Source: Psammoneis japonica
Lineage: Eukaryota
Direction: 5' to 3'
NCBI GenBank assembly: GCA_008632985.1
Contig: QPGO01000069.1
Span: forward strand, 124,001 to 188,000
Length of the DNA: 64,000 nucleotides
Below the pieces are notes generated by a model, which worked only from the letters and a program-made list of their open reading frames with translations, searched no databases and had not been told where the DNA came from. The translations under genes were made by a program, and so were the position numbers. This document shows, in pieces, positions 1 to 12,127 of the stretch; position 1 is the first letter of the stretch, and the number at the start of each line of letters is the position of its first letter.

Positions 1-427
1 TTTTCTTTGACAGCAAAATGTTCTCACAGAAATCAACATGGCCAGCTTGGCATCTGGTTTGACTTGTTCTCAACATTCTGCTGTTCACATTGCATTGGCA
101 GCAATGGTCATCAAAAGGCTGCATGCACTGTTGTCATCCATTGCCCCTGGACTTGCCTCACCTTCTTCAAGATTTGTGGTGCTGCTTTCATGAACAAAGC
201 TTTGAAGGATGACTCCATTTTCATGTGGCAACATGATTGGGATGAAACACCATGGACATTGTGTGCAACTTGCAAATTGCAGTTAATTTGCCTGAGCACC
301 ACTCCACTGACCTCCTTGCAAAATGCCTTTTCAAGCAGTTGTGCCTGATTGTCGTCAAGCAAATTGCCTGTCTGTCTCATTCCTCAGAAGGTCATGTCCC
401 TGAAAGACAAATCTCTCTGTGTGCAAA

Positions 428-662
428 AGTTGAGATGCAGTCTGCAGCTTGGTGGGGTGGACAAGACCTTGGAGGTTGGCAGCAATGCATGATGGCAACA
501 GAGCAAACAGACGCTTTGATGAAAGTTGTTGTCCAAAAGTTGTGATGAGAAGTTTGTTGTCATTTTGAATCAATTTGTGGGCTTGGCCAAACAAGTTGCT
601 GAAAAGAGCTGAGTCTGGGATGCAGTCGTGACATGCAACCACAATGACATTGAGTCATGACT
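428..662 (-). repeat. 3' LTR of copia element 1
   Basis: Aligns to 7337-7572; preceded on the minus strand by the purine tract GAGAGGGAG. Confidence 0.93.
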
Positions 663-3600
663 CTCCCTCTCAACCAAGAGAGCTCACCAGCCCACAACAG
701 CCTTTCCAGCTGTGTGGAACACATCAGTCCGCAGTCCCTTCGTGAACTGATTGGCTGGTTGCTCCAGAGTGCTGATGGGTTGGATGTTGATCTCCAATTG
801 CTCAACTTTGGTCCTAAACCAGTGGTGTGGGATGCCGATGTGTTTGGTTCATGGAGACAACTTGGGCATGAATGCAAACTTGAGGCATGCAGAGTTGTCT
901 TTGCACACAACGGACGCAGGTGGGACATTCTGCTCAACAGGCAAGTCATCGGTGCCTTGGTTTGCAAGCTCAAAAGCCTTGGAGTGAGTCATGATGGGGT
1001 TTTGGTGGTCAGACTTTCCAAACGCATGGTGGTTGAGCTCCTTGAGAACTTCATGAATGGGGATGAGATCACGCACAGCTTGAGAAAGTGCAACATGTTC
1101 CACTTCCACAGTCGACAATGCTGCAAGAGTCTGCAGCTTGGACACCCAGATGAGCGGGCAGCCGGCACAGCAAATGAGGCGTCCAGTCCTGGACTTGACA
1201 GAAACTGGGTCTTGACCATCTTCCACACCAAACAACCCCACGAAGTCAGAATTGACGCAACAATCAACTCAACAATCTTGTGCAGGCTTGAGAATGAGAC
1301 CTTCAGCAGCAGCAGCAGCAGCAGCTTTGAGGTGTCAGAGCATCTGCTTCACTGCAGCAGTGTGGAACACTCAGGGTGCAAACAAGAGTCAAGCTGCTTG
1401 ATGCATGGCATCCTTTGCTGCCAAGTGCATCAACATTCCAACAACTGAGCGACAATCGCAGGGTTCATCAAAAGGTGGGCCGTCCGTGTCAGCACCGAGA
1501 GGTGCAGGTAGAGCTGGAGCAGATGCTCCATTGCAATCCTCCATCTGTGCGGTGCGCAGGACCTTGTCAATCAGACCTGGTTGAGTGAGTGGAAATCGAC
1601 CCTTGGAGAGCTTTTCAATCTTGATGCTGAGAAAGTTGCCGACTTCTCCTTTGTCTCTTAGTTCAAATGTGCGGCGATGCTTGTTGTCAGAGACTCCTAA
1701 TTTGCGAATCTCCTCCTCCAGAGCTTCAGCTGACGCACCAGCGAAGACCGTGTCGTCGATGTGCACAACACACATCATGCCTTCCTTGACGCACAGGCAT
1801 GGGTCAATGGCTGAAGGCACCCATCCGTGCTCCATCAACCCGTCTCTCAACTTCTCATGGAAACCCTTGGGAGACTGTTTTAGGCCGTGTGGTCCTTTCA
1901 AAAGCTTGAGGACCATGTTGAGTCCCGACCTTGGTGCAAAACCCTTTGGCGGTGTTGTGTGAACTTCCTCGGCAATGTCAGCTTGACAGAAGGCTGTTGT
2001 GCAGTCTGCCTGACGTGCAGTCCATCCCTCTTTCAACACAGTGGTGAGCATCAGTCGGGTGCTGGACCATTGCACAACTGGCGCGTGGGTCTCAAAACAA
2101 TCCATGCCCTCTTTCCATGAATCACTGTGGATGCAGTGTCGGGCCTCACACTTGAGAGGCGTTCCATCTGGTGGTCTCTTGAGTTTGAGTGCCCATGTTC
2201 CTAGAAGCACATTCATCTGCGGCTGACACTCGACTGCTTTCCAGGCTCGATGATGCATGAGTGCGTTGACTTTCATCGCCTCAATCCATTCTTTGGCGTC
2301 CGGTCCTTTCAAAGCATCATGTGATGAAGGTGTGTCAGGGTCCTTGGTCTTCTTGCCAGCTGTGCAGGCTCGTGGATCGTCGACATTGATGGCACCACTG
2401 TCCAAATCCATCTCAAGAGTTGCCAGATGAGCTGGCTGAGCTTCGTGTCTGATCGGCATTGGTGTTTCCTTGATGGAACTGAGACAAACCTCATCCATGA
2501 ACTTGGCAGAGTTGAGCTGTCCTTTGGTTGATTGTGAAGACCATCGCTGCCCTGATGCACCCTCTGGATTCATTGCAGGAGGTGTCTCAACTGGGGGAGG
2601 AGCTGTTGGTTCTGTTGGCACTTTGGGTGGTGGAAGTTCGTCACTGTCTTGAAGTTCGGGTGGCTGAATTGGCGCAGATTCTGTAGAGTCCACAGGAGGT
2701 TGAGTCATAGATGGGGCTGGTGGCATTGGCTCTTGAGTTGCAGGCAAGACTTGATCAGAGGCATTGTCACAAGAAACGGGTGGATCTGGCACAGCAATCG
2801 ATGGAGTTGGCTGAAAGTTGCTGCAAATGCGGTGCTCTCTTGTCAGTTCTCGTTCTTTGTGTTGACGCTCTAGAGGAGTGAGCCACTCATCGTCAAGTGG
2901 GCCAGTTGATCCTTCTCCAGAGGGATGCAAGTCGATTGGTTGAGACACAGTTGCTCCCAGTGGTCAGGTGGATCCGTCTCCCTCTCAATTGATGGCACGG
3001 CAGTGAAGAGATTGTCAAAGACCACATGATGCTGAGGAGCAATGCTTCCAGTTTGGAGATTGAGGACGAGTGAAACCTCACTGGAATGGATGGCACTGAG
3101 TGCCATGAACAAAGCGCAATGAGTCCGGGGTTCCCAATGCGGCAGTTTCTTCCCGGAGGCAATCTTTGGGTCAAGCATGCATGCTGGACATCCCCATGTG
3201 TGAATGTCTTGAAGGCGATGTCGAGGCACTGTCGAACCAGTGAAAATGTCCGCTGGGCAACATCCCTTGGAATTTGGGGTGACATTGTAGATGTGCGTAG
3301 CATGAGAAACAGCCATGGGCCACAGGGAGCTGTCAATTCCTCCCTTCCAGTGGATCGATGCATGAAGCAACATCGCTCTTGCCATGTTGGAGATGCTTCG
3401 GACACCCCATTCTGCAGTGCCGTTCTGATGGTGGGCGTTGGTTCCACAAAACCGGAGACGTTGTTCATGTTCTTGCACATGTTGTGCAAAAGCGTTGGCC
3501 TTGAAAGCGCCACTGTTGGCAAGAAATTCTTGGACGATCACACCATGGTCCAAAGCATGTTTCTCAAACAAGCATGTTTCTCAAATGCTTGCTTCACTCA

Positions 3601-6600
3601 AATCGTCTCGACAGTGGAGAAACCCAGTTGATGCTCAACCTGGATGCATCCAGAGGCGTGATCTACAAAGACACAACCGCCCTTGAATTGCTTGGACGTG
3701 GCTTTGCCACATGAGTTGAAGGTTCGACCCAAGAGGTGTGACTCAAAATGATCAACGCTGACAGCCTGACCCGGTCGGAGATGGTCAGCTTGAAGGGCCC
3801 CGTTGCGTTCAGGGACTGTCATCTTGTGGGCAGAACCGAGAGAGCGTCCGTGACCCTTGGCATGCTCGCGTGCCTTGCATCTTGGGTGGTCACACTTCAC
3901 CGCCAACTTGAAACAATTCAACAGGGACAGAACTGCGTGGAGAAGGGCTTGCACACAACCAAAGTTGAGATGACCAAAGCGGGAGTGCATTTCCAACAAA
4001 AGCTTCTGTCCCGCCGTGAGGTTCTGATTCTCCTTGTTGAGGACCTGCAGATTCACTTGGGGAGCTGCAGATGCACCCTTGGTCATCGACGAAATGGGCA
4101 AGTGGCTGGATTGGTGGCTTGGCATGACCAACTTGCCCACTCTGTCAATGCACAAGCAGAAAGTGTGCTCATTGCCCCTCACATTTCCCACGTGCACCTT
4201 TCTCTTCATCAAAGAGGCGTTGAGGTGATGGCAGGCATTGACGGGCTCCTGGGATGCAGCACGCCATGGCATTCAACTGAATGGCAGCACCACTTGGCAT
4301 CGTGAACACCCACACAACCGGACTGGTGCCCTGAATGGTGAGACCCTTGGCTGTCCCATTGACATGGAGGGGTTTCTTGGGAACAGTCACAGGCCCAGCA
4401 AAATCGTCTTCATGTGGAGTGACAGCTGACATGGCACCAGCATCCATGACAACCGTGAGTGCCTTGTCCGACAGACCGACGAGCACCTGCGTGTCAGATG
4501 CAAGAAGGTCAGCTTGGGATTGTCCGGTGAGCAGCTGGATGGTGGATGCATTGCAGACGACGGGTCTAACACGTGCTGCTTCCAACAATGCACAAGGATC
4601 TTGAAAATGAGTGGCATCCATGATGTGATGAGGGACGCAAAGCTCGTCGAACCGGATGAAATCAGGACTGAACTCCTCAAGAGCATCAAAGAAGTGTTTC
4701 TGCTTGACAAGAGGCTCCAAGTTCTCGCAAGTGTCAAAGAAGGCTGATTCGTCCATCGCATCAGACCGTTCAGCAACTTCTGGGGTCTTCCAGCAGGCCA
4801 TGAGACGAGTGCTCAGTGCACGCGATGGATGGCGCGAGACAAACTCGGCAAGCACTTGCGTGCCCTTGATCTTGTTACATTCGAACAGTGATCTGGCATC
4901 TGACACTGTCCTGTCATCTGGCTCTTCCACAATGTGGCAGACTTGAGAGCTGGTGGTCAAAAATTGGCTTGACCGGCGCAAACTGCTGACCATGCCACAA
5001 CTGCTGTGGATGGGACCATCCAGGAGGCTGGAAACCCGTGCAAGGTTGGGAGTTTGTGCCGGCAGCATGGAGCTTGAGAGGGATGTGTGGGATCGGAGCA
5101 AAGCACAGATGCAGTGCCATTTCCCAAAACATGGCGGCGAGCCAAAACATGCAAAGCTTGGCTCATCCCAAGATTGAGCAACGTAAAGAGGGCTCTTCTG
5201 GTCATCACATGCATCTTCAAAGCATGCTTTGTGTTCAAGAATGAGGTCTAACTTGGTGTCGTCTGACAGCATGTCCGTCAAAGTTCCGGGAGTGTCAAAG
5301 AACTCATCTGGATGCTTGACAGAGTGCAGCTTCGAGGCCAGAAATAACTCAACAGCCGGTGGTTCGTTTTCAAATGCAGACAAAGCGTTGGAGCATTCGC
5401 AGAAGTTGTTGGCATCTTCGGGAGTGACAGTCTCAACCACGATGGGAGACACGATTGGAAGCATGACTGAGGTGAGCACAGGTGGGCTTGTTTTGCTGCA
5501 ATTCACCACAGTGCTAATGACCGCATCGCTCTCCCTTTGGCTGAAGAAGCTGGAGCAACAATGACTGCAGTGGCAACAGGGTCAGAAAAGAAATCTGGGT
5601 CGGCAGTGGCGTCTGCAGCCGTGCACCACATGCCCATGAAAACCAACTCGTTCGGGTCAGACTCGTCTCCCTCTGGTTCCTTGGCAGTCTGAGCTGGCGG
5701 ACCCACAGGCACACTGCCATCCAGATCAGAGACTTGAGACAAATTGCCCACTGGAGTTTCCTGGGGGGGGGGGGGGGGGGGCGCTTGAAGTCATCCTTGT
5801 GTTCCGTGGCAGAGTGACGTTGGTGGACACCCGGTTTGTCAGATCCCTTCACCGTGCACGGTGCACACCACTTCCATTCCTTGCCATTCTCATCCTTTTT
5901 CGTTTCTCTGTCAAACTCAGTGCGCCATGCAGCAACAGGACGTTGTTTCTTCTTAAAAGGATCATCAGCAGGTGGTTGATTTGGAGGTGGATCGTCGTGG
6001 GGCGGTTTGGGGTTGCATTTTGGGCACGTCTTCTTGGTGTGCCCTTCAAGACCACAACCAAAGCAGTGCTTCGTCTTCCCAGGGTTATCTGCAGTCGAAA
6101 GGTTGCTCTTGGGTAGCTTGGCAACCAATGCAGGCCACTCGCCGTCCTTCACGAGCTGGTTGTGCTGCTCTTGAATCCACGCGATGATGCCGACCGGTCC
6201 GAGCATGTTGTGGTTGCTGTCGGACTTGATGTCGGTGGGATTCTTGAGGCGACACTTGTGCTCCATGTTCTTAATGTCATCAAGCTTGTTGTGGACTCTC
6301 TGATTGAAGCATTCAGAGGACGTCTTGGACATCTTGTGGAGCAGCTTGGAGCTTGTGTTTGCCGGAAGCGCGCAGTCGGTCTGCATGATCTTCACAATTC
6401 AAAGTGCTTCGGCAGCAAAGTCTGTGCAATCCTTGCCGGGAAAGTCAACCAAACTGAGGTCTTCCAGCTGCTTCTTGGCCGTCTCAACATCCGTTAGAGC
6501 ACTGGCATTGCAAGTGTCCAGAGCCATCATGAATGGAACAGACCCGGGGCAGTCTTGGAAGTCCTTGAGATGGTTGAACTTGGTCTCGATTTTCTCGCGA

Positions 6601-7323
6601 AAGGCATTGGAGATTCTAGAGTGAACCAGGAGCTGAGAGAGCCCGACATCGTCGAGCTTGATCTCGTCGCACTCGGCATCATCGGCAGCTGCGTTTCTGG
6701 TCTGGTGCTCGTTCACGAGATCAGTCACAGTGAACTCATGTAGATGGTCGAAAATGTGCAGAACCTTGTCGTCGCTGTTCTTGACATGGCAGAAAGTCTG
6801 CTGGCCGTGGGCTTCAACTAGATCTCGAGTGGTCTTCATGAAGTGGTCCTTGTCAAGCTCGTTGATGGGACTGTTTGAAATCTCAAGTCGACCGTTGAAC
6901 TTGGAAGTCATTGCGGAAGCTTGTTGATCTTGGAGGGATCGTTCTGTCAAGTCGAGAGCCTTGGGATGACGGCACTGAGAGGCAAACCGGTGTGTTCATT
7001 GTGAGGTTTGAGCACAGGTGTCATCTAGTTTGGAACCACCAATGTAGACCCCGTGGGTTTGGTGAGTTCCACCACGTGGCGGCTTGGTTGGAGGCAGAGG
7101 AACGGTTGCGGTGGCGTTTGCGGCCATGGCATTGGCAAATGCCTTCACCAGGACATCCGAATCGATGGCAGTCATGACAGAGAGTGTGGTGTGGGAGGTT
7201 CTTGACAGCATGAAGACGAGAGAAGCAAGCGAGTCTCAGCCAGTTCCCGGGTTTGCTTCAAAATCAAAACGGAAAGCGTCCGTGATGATGACTCGGTCAG
7301 GAGCTCTCATCAATGTGCAAGCT

Positions 7324-7336
7324 TGGGCTCACAACC
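7324..7336 (-). other. Primer-binding site complementary to the anticodon arm of initiator tRNA-Met (half-tRNA priming), with one T>C change
   Basis: Plus strand reads TGGGCTCACAACC versus the tRNAiMet arm TGGGCTCATAACC; abuts the 5' LTR. Confidence 0.75.
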
Positions 7337-7572
7337 AATCAAGACACAGTCCTGCAGCTTGGCAGGGTGGATGAGACATCGGAGGTTGGCAGCAACACGC
7401 AATGGCAACAGAGTGAACAGACACTTTGACGAAAGTCATTGTTCAAAAGTTGTGATGAGAAGTTCATTGTCGTTTTGAATCGATTTGTGGGCTCGGCCAA
7501 ACAAATCGCTGAAAAGAGCTGAGTCTGGGATGCAGTCATGACATGCGACCAGAATGACGTTGAGTCATGACT
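7337..7572 (-). repeat. 5' LTR of copia element 1
   Basis: Aligns to 428-662; followed on the minus strand by the PBS. Confidence 0.93.
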
Positions 7573-8804
7573 GCAAAGCTCTGCTTGATTGAAGCTCCTT
7601 GTGACAAAAGCAAAGGATGTGTTGCAGGTGCTGATGGAGAGGAGGTTCTGAGAAAGATGATCTCCAACTCCACCTTGTCACCACCCCACTGGCACTGCTT
7701 CTGCTCTGGTGTGTGAGCCAGCACCAAAACTGCTCAGCACCAACATGTTGTGCCTGCCAAGACCTGCATCACTCTGCTCCTCCCCACCATGCAGAAGCCA
7801 CAAAGTTCTGTCTTTGACCCCAAATCAAAGCTCTGGATGGAGCACTGGACATTGTCCCTTCTAAAATGGCAGCACAAGTGTCTTGCCAAAAAGCTCCAGT
7901 GCACACAAAATGGCAGACAAGAAACAGGCTTACAAGCATCCAGCACAGAGCCTCTTTGGCATGGTTGCCAGCTTTGCTGGTGACACGTTTCCAATGGAAG
8001 TTCATTCCAGCCCAGCAGCTCCAGACATTTCTGACACAAGAGATGTCATGTGCCTGCCAACTTGATTGCATTGACAAGCATCCACAGCAGAGGCTCCTCA
8101 CACACACCAGAGACTTCTCAAGAGATCACTGCAGCTCCTCTGCTTGCACACCAGATGCAAGCCCAGCACCTCTGGCCCCTGCCAACATTGGTGCTCACCA
8201 TCATTTTGGCATTGCTTTTACAAGCACAGGCCCTGTGGTCACAACGGGCTTGACACCACAAGATGTTCAAGGACCCCCTTTGCAACCTTTCTGCAAAGCT
8301 CTGGCAGCTGGCTCCTTGGCAAACCTGTGCATGCATCCTGACACATGCTTCTTTGTTTTGACTTCCAAGCAAGGCATCAAGAAACTGAAAACACTCCTCT
8401 GAAAAGCTCTTGTTCTGCTTGTTCTCATCTGTCCAGCAGGAGACAGACCTGCATTGTCAGAGCACACAAAAGCCTGGCTTTTTTGCCTGTGCACAAAGCT
8501 TTGGCCCTGCTCTTGCCTGCAGCAATCAAACCACAGCTTTGCCTGCAGATTGCATTTTTTGATGGGGCAAAGCCCAACCCTGTCAGAAGCCATGAAAGCA
8601 CAGCTGGCACACACAGCCAGCAGTGGCAAGTGGTGGCCACAAGCTGTGCAGCTTCAACCCCAAGGAGGCAGCTTCTACAAAGGGCAGTGAGCCAAATCTG
8701 CTTCTGTGGTGCTGATGCTGGCAGACAGTGGTGGTGTGCCAAGAGATGGTGGTGTGGCCCTCAGGCTCTCTGGGTTGCACTGAAGCATGCGCCGCCAGTG
8801 CAAT

Positions 8805-9127
8805 TGTTGAACCAACAAGTCAATGTTGCCAAAAGGGAATCCTCTGAGGTTTCCTTTGCCACTTGTTGCACTTGTCTTGAAGCTCTGAACACACTTCAAT
8901 CTCTCAGATTGTGACAGGCACCTGCTGACACCACAAAGCAATTTGTGAGCCAGCAGATGATTCACTTCAAAGAGTGAGATGATGAAGGAAAAGGTTGGTG
9001 AGATTGGTGATGAGTGCATGCTCATTTCTCAGGTGTCACCAGGCAGATCCACCAGGTCAGCACCAAAAACATCTTTTCTTCAATGATCTTGATTCTGGGT
9101 TTTTAAATTTCCTGCTCATTCTAGACA
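8805..9127. repeat. Diverged LTR-like direct repeat, copy A (solo LTR or distal LTR of copia 2)
   Basis: Starts TGTTGAAC; shares blocks with 15074-15401 such as ggttggtgagattggtga and tgcatgctcatttctcaggtgtcaccag. Confidence 0.7.
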
Positions 9128-9699
9128 AGCCATGTGCACTGGTGCAAAAATCACACAAAATTTTTATGTAGAAAAAAAGCACAAAAATCAGGGTTTGGGT
9201 TGATTTTTTTCTCTTGCATCTGCCATGCTTCTTGGCTCCACCGACACCTCAAGGAATCAATTTCCCCTGAAACCATTGACACTTTACATGATGACTTTTA
9301 AATGAGCAACATAATTCTGTGAATGAGCACTTCAAAATTCCATTTCCCAAAATTCGATCAGCACTTCACTGCGGTCCCACCACGGCAAACATTTTCGAAT
9401 GATGGAATTTTGCTGAACAGCAGGACATTGTCGTGTCTGTCATCAAAAAGCAAGTGCACAAAGTGCCAACCATTGTGACTGAAATCAATTCCTTGAGGTC
9501 GTGACCCATTTTTTACAAAGTGTGGGAAAAGGATGACAAACAAGACATTCTACGTGAATTTTTTGTGTGAGTTTTGCACAAGAAATTGGCCCAAACCCAG
9601 ACTTTTGGGACTCCTGATGCTCGCAACAATGTTCAAAACCACTCATGTGATTCCCGCTTCTTGGGATCCTTGTCACCTTGTGGCTCACCAGTCTGCTCA

Positions 9700-12100
9700 G
9701 GACTCTTGGCATGCCTGTTTCAGGACTCACAGTGTCGTCCTGTAAATTGCAGATGCACAGATGCATGTGCTTGCCACCATTGCTGCAACCAATTGAATCA
9801 TTGAATGCATGCACAACTCCATGGACACATTGTCTGCAAAGCACTCCAAAAAGGCACAGCAATGCTTTTCTCTTTCACATCACTCTTGTTGTCTCTTTTA
9901 AGTTGGTCCATTGCCGAACTGTTTGCAATTTCTGGAGTCAAATGCTGGAGCTCCACATTGGCACACAGCGCCACTTCTCAACTCAGTGTGGTCATTGAGT
10001 CTCTTGACTGAAGAAGGCTGCTCAGCTCCTGGCATCATGTGCAACTCCTTTGGCATCCATCATGTGCCCATGTCATTCTTGCTTCTTCACATGATCAAGA
10101 TCCTGCAGCTTCATGAGGGGTCCACAGATCCCGCTCATGTGCTTGCGCCACATGCAGGAAAGCTGACGTTTGACTCATGACATGCAACATGGGTTGTCAA
10201 TGTCAGTCTTGTCCAGGCAGAGCCGCTGCTCATTTTTTGCTGCTCTGACCCACCATTTGGGTGTCAAGAACACTGACGCCATCAATTTGACCAAGATCAT
10301 GTCAATGCTGGTTGAATTCACACACCACAGAATTGCTTGCCTGATGCCCATCATTGCCTGAATGCCCTTTGTTCAAACAAGATGCCTGCTCCAGAAGATC
10401 TTCTGGATGGATTTGCTTCCCAAGGCCTCAAGAATGATGCTGTTGCAACTCTCCATCATGAGATCATTCAGGATCTTGTTGCACTCCAAGCCAAGATGAC
10501 CAAAGATCTTGAGTGTGTTGGACCACTCACAGACAAGGCTCCTCTCTTTGTGGCGGCTCCTCCAGGGTCTCAGGTTCATCTGAAGAATCTCGCCAATCTT
10601 CAGAAGACTGTGATCAAAGCAATCTTGGAGAAGGTCATGACATCACAACAACACATGTTGGGACTGTTTGTCTCCATTTTGTCCTTGTTTTCAATCTTGT
10701 GATTGTTGGGATGATGTGTCTGACACTCCTTTCCCAGGTTCCTCTTCTGCTCCAAGTTCTTCACCTCTGCTGGCTGCCACTGCAGGTGCTGCTCCTGAAG
10801 ACCTTGCCAAGGCCTTGGCTGCTCATTTGTCTGGTCCAAAACAGTTTGAGCAAGCCACAGCCAACACGTTGAAGAGTGTTCATCCTCCTGCTGAAGACTC
10901 AAGCATGGCTGTGCCTCCGGCTGGTGTTCTGTGCACTGCCAATCCCAAAGGACTTCTTTTAAGAAGGATGTGCCAGCTTGTGGCCATCAGGATGCTTCTC
11001 CTTCCGGTGACAGTCATGGATGCAAGAAAGCTGCTGTGCTTTCTGCTGTGTCATCTGTGACCCATCCTTTGCATTCTCACAGATTTGAGACATCCAAGTT
11101 GGGCCCAGTCACTGGGTCTGCTGCATGCAACACTGATGCTGCTGTTGCATCTCATGTTGCAGATGCACTCACTGTGGACACTTGGATGGACCCTGCAGAT
11201 GCCAATTCCTTGAGAATCAAGTCTGCTGTGTCTCGTCATGGAATCTGCGGGCAAGCCATCTACAGACATTGATGCTGGATCCCTTGCAATTCCTGCCAAA
11301 TTGTTGGCACTTCCTGCCAAAGTCTGCTCCTGTCTGCAGTGCTTGAGACCCATGAGTTTTTTGTTTCTTGCCAGTCCATTGTTCCACACAAAGATGGCCA
11401 CATTCACCCCAGTTGTGGACTGTCCTCTCTGTTGTCAAGGTTGCACCCAAGTTGCTTGCCACCTGTGCGCCACCATGTCTGTTGCTCATGGATGCCGCCA
11501 GTGCTTTGTTGGTTGTCAAGTTGACTCAAATTGGATTTTTGGATTGGCTGTCATTGATTTTGAACATGCAATGCTGTCATTCCTTCTCTTGTCCAATCAA
11601 GACCAATGGAATGTGTCACCTCTTTCCTTCACTGTCAGGACTGTTGTGGTGTTGAACAGCATTTGTCCTGGTGCTCCTGACCTGTGGACCTCATCCCCGA
11701 TGATGACCCTGCATTTTTTGATCAGGGGAGGGATTCCTGTGGCACAGAGGGGGAGCATGTCAGGTTGTTGAGAATTCAACCTTCCACCAAGACACCTTGC
11801 TTGACGATCATGTTTTGAACACCATGCAATGCTCACCTCTGACATGTCACTGTTCTTCCAATGATGAGTGATTTTACAATGCATTTTGTTTGTCCAATGT
11901 GTTTTTCAGGGGTGGCACAAAATGTGGCAGAAGCACTGGTTTGTCAGGTGGGCTGCCATTGCTTCATTTTCACCATCGCTTGCCATGGTGGATCTTAATT
12001 TTTGCCCACATCTCTTCCGATGAACTTTGGCAACAGCATGACTTGCCACAGAATGTCCCAATGCGGTCAATCGTTCATGGATGGATGAAATCATTCTTTG
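9700..12100 (+). mobile_element. Heavily decayed, unidentified protein-coding repeat (homologous to ~37.5-40.3 kb on the minus strand); boundaries approximate
   Basis: Shared DNA block ttgtccaatgtgtttttcagggg; peptide ASHVADALTVDTWMDP matches ASQVEEAFVVDTWVDS. Confidence 0.5.
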
Positions 12101-12127
12101 GTGCATGACTCAACATGTTCAAAAGAT

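Larger units (their letters stand above)
428..7572 (-). mobile_element. Full-length, inactivated Ty1/copia (CoDi-like) LTR retrotransposon: gag-PR-INT-RT-RNaseH
   Basis: Two ~235-bp LTRs and a 5-bp TSD GCAAA (423-427 and 7573-7577). Gag zinc knuckle CFGCGLEGHTKKTC (~6020-6070). Integrase VSVDHFES, NAHHQNGTAE, WGCPACMLDP (2870-4272). RT ETHAPVVQWS, GLKQSP, VHIDD (1389-2948). RNase H ALSTVEVEHVALS and KDNSACL (849-1241). PPT at 663-671. Many frameshifts. Confidence 0.95.

Noticed and set aside
5763..5781. G19 run (and C16 at 45317-45332) as a functional G-quadruplex or programmed frameshift
   Set aside because: Homopolymers in dead elements; slippage or assembly length error is a simpler explanation.
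428..7572. ADAR-type RNA editing as the cause
   Set aside because: It would give only sense-strand A>G and identical LTRs; here T>C (Tyr>His) is common too and the LTRs differ reciprocally.
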